From the IMG/VR virus record IMGVR_UViG_3300010352_000625, positions 142,670 to 206,669 of that record: a stretch of 64,000 bases of DNA. The stretch is one strand, 5' to 3'. This document shows, piece by piece, positions 1 to 8,121 of this stretch. The translations under genes and the position numbers were made by a program. The notes beneath the pieces were generated by a model. That model had not been told where the DNA came from, made no database searches, and saw only the letters and a program-made list of their open reading frames with translations. The DNA is from a virus. Lineage: Duplodnaviria; Caudoviricetes. The first letter of the stretch is position 1. Each line of letters opens with the position of its first letter.

Positions 1-96
1 AACAAACTTATTGTTTTCATCTCTAAAATTAAATCTGTAATTCATATCAAATTCCTCCTCATTTCGATTTTTTGTTTGTTCTTGCTTGATATAAAG

Positions 97-327
97 AGTA
101 TATCATGATATTGTTGGTTTGTCAAGTATTAATTTAAAAATTAATTAAAAAATATTTTTTAATTAACTGAGAGTTTTAGTTGTTCTCAGCAACAAACATA
201 TTATATCATGTTTTTACTGTTTTGTCAAGTGTTAATTTTTGTTTATTTTTAATCTTTTTTCGTTTGAGAGTTTTAGTTGTTCTCAGCAACAAACATAGTA
301 TATCATAGTTTATATAATTTGTCAAGC
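97..327 (-). promoter_or_regulatory. Three tandem sigma70/A-type promoters; the two right-hand ones are each followed by the same ~32-nt sequence
   Basis: Plus strand shows TATATCAT...TTGTCAAG three times (~97-127, ~201-229, ~298-327), i.e. TTGACA ... TG-N-TATA(A/C)T on minus. GAGAGTTTTAGTTGTTCTCAGCAACAAACATA occurs twice (~169-200, ~266-297). Confidence 0.7.
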
Positions 328-349
328 ACTTTATTTTTGTAGAGTTTTA

Positions 350-1123
350 TTAATTTTTTAAACTAAATTTAATATTCTTTTTTGCTTCTTCAATTCTATT
401 TTGTGCTATATTAAAATAATTTTCATCTAATTCAATACCTATAAAATTTCTGTTAGTATTAACGCAAGCTACGCCAGTTGTGCCAGAACCCATACAATTA
501 TCTAAAACCAAATCTTCTTCATTGGTATAGGTCTTAATTAGATATTCCATTAGTGCTACGGGTTTTTGTGTTGGATGAATGGTACTGCCCAATTTTTCTC
601 TATTTATATTTAATATATCACAAGGGTATCTATATCCAGTGTCTTCATAGGGCTTAATTGACAAAATAGGAGAATTAGATGCAACCACAGATTTAAACTT
701 GGCATTTTTTTCACTTGGTTTATTTGTTACCTTTTTACCATTATGTTTAACCATTTGCGGATTATAAGTACATTGCTTTTTATAAAACACACATATATTT
801 TCAGTTAGTTTTCCCACTCTCTTTTTTACTTGCATAAAATTAGTAGGTTTTTCTTTTACCCAATATATGTCATATTTGTAATCAGATTTATTACTTAATC
901 TTAGTTCACTACTAAATGGCTCTGTTCCAAAAAGAATGATTGCACCTTTATCTTTAATCACTCTGTTGTATTGCTCCCATAACGGCTCAAAAGGAATTAT
1001 GATATCCCATTTACATGCTGTAGTTCCGTATGGTAAATCACATAAAATCATATCTATTGATTCATCAGAAATATCTTTCATTTTCTCTAGACAATCACCA
1101 TGCATTAATCTAATCTCAGACAT
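350..1123 (-). CDS. Site-specific DNA methyltransferase (N4-C/N6-A, beta class)
   Basis: DLPY motif IV, HPTQKP, VLDNCMGSGTT motif I. Confidence 0.92.
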   Translation of the reverse strand: MSEIRLMHGDCLEKMKDISDESIDMILCDLPYGTTACKWDIIIPFEPLWEQYNRVIKDKGAIILFGTEPFSSELRLSNKSDYKYDIYWVKEKPTNFMQVKKRVGKLTENICVFYKKQCTYNPQMVKHNGKKVTNKPSEKNAKFKSVVASNSPILSIKPYEDTGYRYPCDILNINREKLGSTIHPTQKPVALMEYLIKTYTNEEDLVLDNCMGSGTTGVACVNTNRNFIGIELDENYFNIAQNRIEEAKKNIKFSLKN

Positions 1124-1131
1124 TACTTACC

Positions 1132-1884
1132 TCACTTAAATTTAATATTCTTTTTTGCTTCTTCAATTCTATCTTTAGCTATATTAAAATACTTTTCATC
1201 TAATTCAATACCGATAAAATTTCTGTTAGTATTAACACAAGCTACCCCTGTACTACCTGAACCCATTGTAAAATCAAGAACTAGTTCATTTTCGTTAGTA
1301 TAGATTTTTATTAGATATTCCATTAGTGTCACTGGTTTTTGTGTTGGATGTAAATGACCCTTTCCACTTGGGTTTGAAAAGTTCAACAGACTATCTTGCC
1401 AACCAGTATGTGTGGTTTTATGTTCTGTTTTCCCTGCAACTCCTAGTCTGTGTTGTTCATCATTTCTTAATCTTGCTCTACCAGATTTTATTGGAGTATC
1501 AAGTTCTATAAGATTTTGTTGATTAAAAGTTGGTTGTTTTTCATAGAAAACAAGAATTTCCTCGTGTTTTCTCATGGGCATTTTTTTAGCGTTTTGAAAA
1601 CCGCTTGATTTTGTTTTTATCCAAGAATAATCATACTTAAACATCTTAATATTACTCATAATCAAAGCACTTGTAAAAGGCTGTGAACCGAATAAAACTA
1701 TAGCCCCGTTAGGTTTAATAACTCTTTTCAACTGCTCCCACATCGACTCAAAAGGAATAACACTATCCCATTTACACGCAGTTGTGCCATAAGGTGGGTC
1801 TGTTATAATGGCGTCAATTGATACATCAGGGATATCTTTCATCTTATCAAGACAATCACCTTGTATCAATCTAACCTCAGACAT
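1132..1884 (-). CDS. Site-specific DNA methyltransferase (N4-C/N6-A, beta class), tandem paralog
   Basis: DPPY, HPTQKP, VLDFTMGSGST; termini nearly identical to 350-1123, central region different. Confidence 0.92.
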   Translation of the reverse strand: MSEVRLIQGDCLDKMKDIPDVSIDAIITDPPYGTTACKWDSVIPFESMWEQLKRVIKPNGAIVLFGSQPFTSALIMSNIKMFKYDYSWIKTKSSGFQNAKKMPMRKHEEILVFYEKQPTFNQQNLIELDTPIKSGRARLRNDEQHRLGVAGKTEHKTTHTGWQDSLLNFSNPSGKGHLHPTQKPVTLMEYLIKIYTNENELVLDFTMGSGSTGVACVNTNRNFIGIELDEKYFNIAKDRIEEAKKNIKFK

Positions 1885-1915
1885 TACTTATCTACCTCAC
1901 TATTAAATTTAATAT

Positions 1916-1990
1916 TGGAGCACCTTCCCCGAATTGAACGGGGATCTAATCCTTACCATGGATTTGTAATAACCTTTATACGAAAGATGC
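1916..1990 (-). tRNA. tRNA-Thr(GGT)
   Basis: Cloverleaf; AATCC-ATGGTAA-GGATT anticodon arm; encoded CCA. Confidence 0.9.
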
Positions 1991-1994
1991 TTAT

Positions 1995-2069
1995 CGGATC
2001 TGCATAGCTGATTCGAACAGCTGACTAATACTTACGAGGTATTTGTTTTTCCAGTTAAACTAATGCAGA
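1995..2069 (-). tRNA. tRNA-Thr(CGT), 3' end CCG rather than CCA
   Basis: TCTGCAT/ATGCAGA acceptor; AATAC-CTCGTAA-GTATT; TTCGAAT T-loop. Confidence 0.85.
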
Positions 2070-2081
2070 ACATTAACTTAA

Positions 2082-2155
2082 TGGAGCCACTTGGAGGAAT
2101 CAAACCCCCATCCGAGGTGTACAAAACCCCTATAATGTCATTATACGAAAGTGGC
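2082..2155 (-). tRNA. tRNA-Thr(TGT)
   Basis: GCCACTT/AAGTGGC acceptor; loop TTTGTAC; CCA. Confidence 0.9.
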
Positions 2156-2166
2156 AAAAATTTTAA

Positions 2167-2242
2167 TGGCACCAGAGGCTGGATTCAAACCAACATTTCT
2201 CAAATTTGGAGTTTGATAGTTTTTCATTTAACTTACTCTGGC
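2167..2242 (-). tRNA. tRNA-Trp(CCA)
   Basis: TCAAA-CTCCAAA-TTTGA; G73; CCA. Confidence 0.9.
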
Positions 2243-2260
2243 ACATAATTTGAATACATT

Positions 2261-2335
2261 TGGAGAGGATAACCAGAATCGAACTGGCACTCATAATTTG
2301 GAAGAATATGCGACTACCGATTATCTTATATCCTC
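2261..2335 (-). tRNA. tRNA-Gly(TCC)
   Basis: Loop CTTCCAA; U73; CCA. Confidence 0.88.
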
Positions 2336-2500
2336 ATCATAAACAATTCTATCTAAATCTATTTTTTCTCTATGATTTTTTAGCATATCTCGGTATAATT
2401 CTTGTTGTCTTTCATCTAAATCTAACATTTTGTGATTTAAAAAATAAAATGTATTATTCTCATTCATTTAATATTTCACTCTCTTTTATTTAACCCAATT

Positions 2501-2674
2501 TTAAACACTTACGCCTATATATTCTATAGTGCTAAAAATAACCATTATGATACGCAAAGCGTTTATCTTTAATATTTACCTAGGATAGTTATTTTATCAT
2601 TGTACGCCAGTATTTAGGAATCGAACCTCAATAAGTGCATTGCTCTATAAAAATACATAGGCGTAAATATTTAA
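2501..2674 (-). ncRNA. Candidate structured ncRNA: long terminal helix enclosing a T-arm-like hairpin
   Basis: ~30-bp 5'/3' pairing whose imperfections are mostly G-U on the minus strand; internal AGG-TTCGATT-CCT; AAAATAACTAT/ATGGTTATTTT stem. Confidence 0.5.
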
Positions 2675-2677
2675 TTA

Positions 2678-2751
2678 TGGAGCGGGTAGAGAGAATCAAA
2701 CTCTCATCTACTGACAGGCAATCAGTCATAATATCATTATACTATACCCGC
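2678..2751 (-). tRNA. tRNA-Gly(GCC)
   Basis: GCGGGTA/TACCCGC; ACTGA-TTGCCTG-TCAGT; U73; CCA. Confidence 0.88.
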
Positions 2752-2758
2752 ATAAAAT

Positions 2759-2835
2759 TGGGAGCGGTGGTCAGACTTGAACTGACAATCAAATGGGTAT
2801 GAGCCATTTCGCATTAACCATTAGCGTACACCGCA
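2759..2835 (-). tRNA. tRNA with CAT anticodon (Met, fMet or Ile2 undetermined)
   Basis: AATGG-CTCATAC-CCATT; U1-U72 mismatch; CCA. Confidence 0.82.
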
Positions 2836-2873
2836 ATAATTAATTATAATTTATATACATTAATATTACTTTC

Positions 2874-3098
2874 TTAATTATAAAATGATATTAACGCATA
2901 AAAAAATGTTGAAAATATAAAAATAAAAATTGCAATTATAAATTTATACCATATTAAAACGGTTGGTTCAAATAACAATAAAATACATGTTATAAATAAT
3001 ACACTAGATATTATAATAAATGCTAGCATTAAAAGTATTTTACCCCATGATATAAATATATCTTTCCATAATTTAAAAAACTTAATTATATCATTCAT
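2874..3098 (-). CDS. Small two-TM membrane protein
   Basis: AGGAG RBS; two hydrophobic stretches. Confidence 0.7.
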   Translation of the reverse strand: MNDIIKFFKLWKDIFISWGKILLMLAFIIISSVLFITCILLLFEPTVLIWYKFIIAIFIFIFSTFFYALISFYN

Positions 3099-3138
3099 TA
3101 AAATTTATTTCTCCTTAGTTGAATGAATTATTAAAAAA

Positions 3139-3329
3139 TGGGGTGAAGTGAACTAATTACAGTCTAAAGGCTGTAATCTTCCTGATTCATCGACTACAGA
3201 TTTCATAGTCTCCACAGGCTTGAATTCCCTAGGTTCCCTAGGTATCTGTCTTAATATTAGTAAGGGAATTAAACCCTCGCCGTTCTGGTTCACAGCCAGA
3301 CTGTACTTGTCAATTATACGAACAACACC
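3139..3329 (-). tRNA. tRNA-His(GTG) interrupted by a 112-bp IS605-derived mini-element
   Basis: G-1; TCTGG-CTGTGAA-CCAGA; T-arm ending CCCTTAC | insertion 3148-3259 | TTCAC-C-CCA (C73). Confidence 0.85.
3148..3259 (-). mobile_element. Non-autonomous mini-element (left-end tip + right end/omega-RNA region) of the tnpB element
   Basis: Near-identical to ~38374-38471; ends TTCAC; inserted directly 3' of TTAC. Confidence 0.9.
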
Positions 3330-3340
3330 ATGTATTAAAT

Positions 3341-3414
3341 TGGCAGAGCTATGGGGAATCAAACCCCAGCCTAGTGATAGAAAGTCACTTGTGCTATCAT
3401 TACACAATAGCTCC
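3341..3414 (-). tRNA. tRNA-Glu(TTC), U37
   Basis: AGTGA-CTTTCTA-TCACT; CCA. Confidence 0.82.
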
Positions 3415-3615
3415 ATAATAAATTTTTATTCTTCTATACTAAGTTTATAACGATATTGTTCTATATCTATAGATTCATTCAAAACAAACGAATCAGCTTT
3501 ATTATTATCAAAACTTTTAAAATCAATAAACATATCCATATTCATTATATATACCTCAATATTTATTCTTCTATAACTCTAATTACATTAGTTAAATATA
3601 TATTTTTCCTACAGG

Positions 3616-3894
3616 TTATTCTTTTGGATCAGTTAATGAAAAATCATCATTATCTATAAAATGATCGATAACCATTTTACATCTTTTTAAATCATTCACA
3701 ACACTTTCTATCTCTTTGTATTCATAAGATGAGTTATCAACTCTAGGTTTTAAATCAATATCAAGAAAATGTCTTAAGCAATCTAATTGATTAACATACT
3801 CGCTAAGAACCTTTTTAACAAACTCAATTTGGCCTTCACTATCATATTCAGCTGAACTTAATATCACATCTAAGTCATTTGGTCCAATACTCAT
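3616..3894 (-). CDS. Hypothetical protein with PNDLD tag; paralog of 22459-22800 and of the 31364-33397 C-terminus
   Basis: MSIGPNDLDVIL; shared PRVD.SSYEY.E motif. Confidence 0.7.
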   Translation of the reverse strand: MSIGPNDLDVILSSAEYDSEGQIEFVKKVLSEYVNQLDCLRHFLDIDLKPRVDNSSYEYKEIESVVNDLKRCKMVIDHFIDNDDFSLTDPKE

Positions 3895-4015
3895 GTTATC
3901 ATCTCTTTATTTTAAACAAGTTCCACAATACTCACTTCCAAATGGCAATTTCACCATATTTCCATTTTCACGCAAAACTTTACCATTAACTTTAACACAT
4001 ACTGCTAACATTTCG

Positions 4016-4360
4016 TTATACCTCCCTTAAATTCCCCATAGAATATTTGTTAGTTATATTCATATTTATATTATATTTTTCTGAATTATAAGGTAATTCT
4101 GTAACTAACTGATTATTCTCAATATTATCAATAACAAATTCAACATCTTTAATATCGTTTATATTTTTAATATAATCACTTAATGATTCAATATCAGCAA
4201 ATATATCATCCGAATATTCAGATTCATTATCAGATATATAACTCAATGTATCCGATAAACTATTAATTATACTAGTAGCTTCTGTGATATTACTTAAACT
4301 ATTAATATGAGATTTAATTATATCTAACTGTTTCTGGCTTATCAAATATACTTTATCCAT
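4016..4360 (-). CDS. Hypothetical protein
   Basis: ORF with AAGGA RBS. Confidence 0.65.
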   Translation of the reverse strand: MDKVYLISQKQLDIIKSHINSLSNITEATSIINSLSDTLSYISDNESEYSDDIFADIESLSDYIKNINDIKDVEFVIDNIENNQLVTELPYNSEKYNINMNITNKYSMGNLREV

Positions 4361-4388
4361 TCTTTCGTTCCTTCTTTCAACATATTAA

Positions 4389-4460
4389 TGGAGGGAAGTG
4401 AGAGAATTTAACTCTCCTTGTACCCTTTGCAGGGGTATTACATCAACAGATGAACTTCCC
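4389..4460 (-). tRNA. tRNA-Cys(GCA) with minimal D-loop
   Basis: TACCC-CTGCAAA-GGGTA; U73; D arm CATC-TGTT-GATG; T-loop TTAAATT. Confidence 0.8.
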
Positions 4461-4505
4461 ATTAATACTAGTATATCATATTATATATAATTTGTCAAGT
4501 GTTAA

Positions 4506-4541
4506 TTCTAACTTGTGCTTAGGTTGAAGCACAAGTTAGAA
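4506..4541. terminator. Perfect 15-bp hairpin (terminator or other structure)
   Basis: TTCTAACTTGTGCTT-aggttg-AAGCACAAGTTAGAA, followed by a second hairpin at ~4547-4568. Confidence 0.55.
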
Positions 4542-4599
4542 ATATCAATTTTGTGACATCACGAAATTAACGTTAAGAGATATCATAAAGGTGTATCAA

Positions 4600-5226
4600 T
4601 TATTTCATATCAAATAAATAATAACCCTTTGCTTTAAAATATACTGCTGAAGCATAATTAGAAACTATAGGAGCATATACACAAGAAAAAATAAAATTCT
4701 TATTTTTAATTTTAGAATATATTTCTTCAAATTCTTTATATGTTACATGTACAGCATTACCAATACTAAATTCTTCATCCTTTGATACAACATAAATCTC
4801 CTTACCATCACCATAAAGAATTGATTCTTGATTATACTTATCTCTTAATTCAATCCCTAACTGTTTAAATTGTTCATTGTCTAAACTTTTACCATCCCAA
4901 GTTTTGTTAGGAATAAAATAAGAAATTTCTACAACTTTAAGTTCATCTGGAGTACCAGCGTTTTCTGTCCAATGCCCTTCTAATTGAATAGCACCTAGAT
5001 TATTTTCTTTAATATCAGATAGTAATTGTTTGTTTCTGATAATATTCTTATTTTTAGAATATTCTCCTCTAAATGCTGTTATTATAATAAAACTTATTCC
5101 ACTTTGTACATGACTTATAATTCTAGATAAACCAGCACTAGCTTCAATAACTTTAAAATTGTTACTATCAGATATGTTTGGTGAAGTTTGTTCAATGATA
5201 CTATCAAATTTTTTAAATATATTCAT
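4600..5226 (-). CDS. Phage protein, DUF3293-like; paralog of 6287-7162
   Basis: LSRI..H / ITAFR / G.W.E / E.S.FI / KYNQES pattern. Confidence 0.6.
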   Translation of the reverse strand: MNIFKKFDSIIEQTSPNISDSNNFKVIEASAGLSRIISHVQSGISFIIITAFRGEYSKNKNIIRNKQLLSDIKENNLGAIQLEGHWTENAGTPDELKVVEISYFIPNKTWDGKSLDNEQFKQLGIELRDKYNQESILYGDGKEIYVVSKDEEFSIGNAVHVTYKEFEEIYSKIKNKNFIFSCVYAPIVSNYASAVYFKAKGYYLFDMK

Positions 5227-5227
5227 T

Positions 5228-5491
5228 TTAAAATCTCCTTATCTCTATTATATAATGTAAAAATCTTTTATTACTTTTATTAATTTCAATATTCAATATC
5301 TTATTATTATTTAATCGATTAATCATATCTTTGTATTCTTCAGTATCTTCGACAACTATCCTATGTCTACCATTAGTCATAGTATATTTAATACCATTAT
5401 ATTCTGGTGTATTAACAATTACAGATAAATTATCTATGTTATCTAAAAATAATTCATAAAAATCTTTAAATAGTATAATATTATTCATCAT
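5228..5491 (-). CDS. Hypothetical protein
   Basis: ORF within a minus-strand operon. Confidence 0.55.
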   Translation of the reverse strand: MMNNIILFKDFYELFLDNIDNLSVIVNTPEYNGIKYTMTNGRHRIVVEDTEEYKDMINRLNNNKILNIEINKSNKRFLHYIIEIRRF

Positions 5492-5497
5492 TATTAT

Positions 5498-5929
5498 TTA
5501 CTTTAATATAAAAAACCCAGCATCTTTTTTCCACTCAGGCCAGGAATCTATTTCATTTTGTATTTCTTTAAATCTACGTTCAGCTTCTTCTATTTCTTTT
5601 TTTCGTTCTTCTTTTATTTTATTAACTTTGTATAAATATTGTATTCTATCTAATTCATCATTAGTACTAAAAGCAACTGTCCATTCATTTTCTTCATCTG
5701 TAGGTAATTCATCAAATTCATATTTAGGAGTTTCTATTTTATTATATTTAATAGTTGTGTTAACTATCTCTCTTACTCTACCGAGACCATCACAAAAATC
5801 ACACTTAATAAAACGATAATCAACAAAACCACTAAATGTTGATTCAGCTTTTTCCATTTTTAAATATCCTCTACCCTTACATTTAGGGCAAATTATAATT
5901 TCATCTGTGTTTTTGATTTTTTCATCCAT
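5498..5929 (-). CDS. DnaJ-type zinc-finger protein
   Basis: CPKCKGRG and CDFCDGLG. Confidence 0.7.
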   Translation of the reverse strand: MDEKIKNTDEIIICPKCKGRGYLKMEKAESTFSGFVDYRFIKCDFCDGLGRVREIVNTTIKYNKIETPKYEFDELPTDEENEWTVAFSTNDELDRIQYLYKVNKIKEERKKEIEEAERRFKEIQNEIDSWPEWKKDAGFFILK

Positions 5930-5985
5930 TTCTCATTCTTCCTTATCTTCTACATATATAAATTTATGATATATAAATTTATGAA

Positions 5986-6263
5986 TTAAATACACACAAA
6001 AACAATAAAAAAATCTTGAATAAAAAGTATCATCAATATTAAAATAATTAAATATGGGTGCATATGTGAACTAATTACAGTCTAAAGACTGTAATCTTCC
6101 TGATTCATCAACTACAAATTTCATAGTCTCCACAGGCTTGAATTCCCTAGGTTCCCTAGGTATTTGATTTTTAATTATTTTTGACATTCATATTACCACC
6201 TAAAGACAGTAATCTTTCTGTCTATTTTTGTAAAATAACAAACCAATCTAAAAATATTTTCAT
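5986..6263 (-). pseudogene. 37-aa hydrophobic ORF interrupted by a mini-element
   Basis: AGGAG RBS; removing 6066-6229 restores MKIFLDWFVILHMHPYLIILILMILFIQDFFIVFVCI*. Confidence 0.65.
6066..6229 (-). mobile_element. Non-autonomous IS605-type mini-element (complete left end + right end, 164 bp)
   Basis: Left-end hairpin as at ~37081-37122 fused to the last ~115 bp of the tnpB element; preceded by TTAC; ends TTCAC. Confidence 0.92.
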
Positions 6264-6286
6264 ATAATTTTATCTCCTAATTTAAA

Positions 6287-7162
6287 TTAATCATCTAATC
6301 TATACATTCCAGTTAAATTTTTAAACCATTTTTCAGATTTATCATAGTATATATTATAATTACTTTCAATTGTTTTATTTTTAAATAATGTATCGATAAA
6401 TTCTGATTTATCTTTATTATTCATCACAAAAGCACTGTTTGATTTTTTATTTTTCTGACTATAACCAAATCCATAATTATCTTCATCAGCTATCTTTTTA
6501 TATGCTACATATTTATCATGCACATTTTTAATATTATCAGGAGTGCTAAAATGAATCTGTATAAAAGTATCAGCTAGACTTACATTAGAATCACCATCAT
6601 TTATATATAATTCAAATTTTACACTACCATCAGTTGTTTTTTCTACAGCTTTACCAACAATTACTGCCATTTGATTATATTTAATACACCACTCAAAAGC
6701 TAATTTTTTAAATTCATCATAATTCATTATTTTATTGCCATGTCTGTTATAACCAAGTATCATAAAACTTATTTCTTCTGAAGCTGGTTCATAACCTATA
6801 TCATTCTGTTTCTTATCTGACCAACTACCAGCTATTTTAACAAAAGATAAATCATTATTAATAATATCAACGACTAATCTTTTTCTCTGCAACTCATTCT
6901 GATTTCTGGTATTCTCACTTCGTTCAGCACTAATAAACATAACAGGTACACCAGAATAAATATGTTCAGCAATTCTAGACATATTAGCAGATAACAAAGA
7001 TTTTTTAGCTATATAAATATTATCATCTTTAGTATCAGCAGTTATATTGTTAATAATAGTAAATCTAGAGTTATTAGCTAAATCGTCATTAAGTGATTTC
7101 AACTCTTTATATATATTTGCTGTTGCTATAGTAACATTTAAATTTTTAATGATATCACTCAT
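6287..7162 (-). CDS. Phage protein, DUF3293-like
   Basis: MSRIAEH / ISAER / GSW / EEISF / KYNQ; similar to 4600-5226. Confidence 0.6.
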   Translation of the reverse strand: MSDIIKNLNVTIATANIYKELKSLNDDLANNSRFTIINNITADTKDDNIYIAKKSLLSANMSRIAEHIYSGVPVMFISAERSENTRNQNELQRKRLVVDIINNDLSFVKIAGSWSDKKQNDIGYEPASEEISFMILGYNRHGNKIMNYDEFKKLAFEWCIKYNQMAVIVGKAVEKTTDGSVKFELYINDGDSNVSLADTFIQIHFSTPDNIKNVHDKYVAYKKIADEDNYGFGYSQKNKKSNSAFVMNNKDKSEFIDTLFKNKTIESNYNIYYDKSEKWFKNLTGMYRLDD

Positions 7163-7190
7163 TGAACAATCAACTCTCTATTTAAATTAT

Positions 7191-7277
7191 TGGTGGGCGT
7201 GACAGGACTTGAACCTGCAAGACCTTTCGGTCAGTAGCTTCTAAGACTACCGTGTATTCCAGTTCCACCACACACCC
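7191..7277 (-). tRNA. tRNA-Leu(TAG)
   Basis: Loop CTTAGAA; long variable arm; A73; CCA. Confidence 0.92.
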
Positions 7278-7283
7278 ACATCA

Positions 7284-7805
7284 TTATTTCTTTTCCCAAA
7301 AATTAATTATATCATCATAAGCTTCAATCATATGTTCCCACATAATACCATTATTAGGGTCTGTCTGAATAAATCTACATGGAAAAAATTCGATAATATT
7401 ACTAGGAGTATCATCAAATATAATAAAATCTGAATATTTTTCCCCATATTTATCCATGTAATCTTTTATTTCATTACCACGTTCCATATAATTTTTAGAT
7501 TCATTGATATCATTAGTCTTCCAAGGATTAGCAAATTTACCTCTAAATCCTGAATTAGCAAAAGCACTATTAACCCAGTGATATGCTGTCATATCAGTTT
7601 CTTTCACAAAATTTTTCCAACTTGATGTAATTATAAATTCAACATCATACTCATCATGTATCTTATTAAAAAAATCTATTGCAACAGGGTCAAATCTAGC
7701 CCACATTTTATAACTCGCATTATGAGCAAAATGTACTCTCCAACTTGTCAGCACACCATCAATATCAACAAAGATAGCATATTTCTTTTTATATTCTTTA
7801 TCCAT
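7284..7805 (-). CDS. HAD-family phosphatase (HAD_SAK_2 / RNA-repair type)
   Basis: FVDIDGVL, ITSSW, RG.EI, IFDD. Confidence 0.8.
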   Translation of the reverse strand: MDKEYKKKYAIFVDIDGVLTSWRVHFAHNASYKMWARFDPVAIDFFNKIHDEYDVEFIITSSWKNFVKETDMTAYHWVNSAFANSGFRGKFANPWKTNDINESKNYMERGNEIKDYMDKYGEKYSDFIIFDDTPSNIIEFFPCRFIQTDPNNGIMWEHMIEAYDDIINFWEKK

Positions 7806-7850
7806 TTCGTTTTCATTCCTTCATATTATAATATTATTTATATTTTATTA

Positions 7851-8111
7851 TTAATCATAACACTTCAAATAAGGAATGTCTTCATTTACATGTTCTATAT
7901 CATAATCTGGCATTGGAAGCATTTCAGCTACTATTTCACATAATATTAAATCACATTCTTTAGGATTATATACATTATCTGTACTTCCATACTCACTAAT
8001 ATCTTCATTAATTCCATTTATTATTTCTTCAACAAATTCTAATGCTGAATTTTTATCATTAAAATAGTCATTAATACCCATATCATAGCTATAAACAAAA
8101 TATTTACTCAT
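7851..8111 (-). CDS. Hypothetical acidic protein
   Basis: ORF with GAGG RBS. Confidence 0.6.
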   Translation of the reverse strand: MSKYFVYSYDMGINDYFNDKNSALEFVEEIINGINEDISEYGSTDNVYNPKECDLILCEIVAEMLPMPDYDIEHVNEDIPYLKCYD

Positions 8112-8121
8112 AAAAATAGCC

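Noticed and set aside
169-297. GTTTTAG...AAAC duplicate as a mini CRISPR array
   Set aside because: Only two copies, and the intervening sequence is itself a repeated promoter rather than a unique spacer
3148-3259. IStron (self-splicing intron-IS hybrid)
   Set aside because: The insert consists only of IS end sequences; no group I intron core is present
3341-3414. Amber suppressor reading of the CTTTCTA loop
   Set aside because: With the 5-bp stem, the central triplet of the 7-nt loop is TTC; CTA lies at positions 36-38
3153-3416. 87-aa ORF ending like TnpB
   Set aside because: Chance frame running through tRNA-Glu, tRNA-His and the mini-element; the TnpB-like tail is just the copied right end
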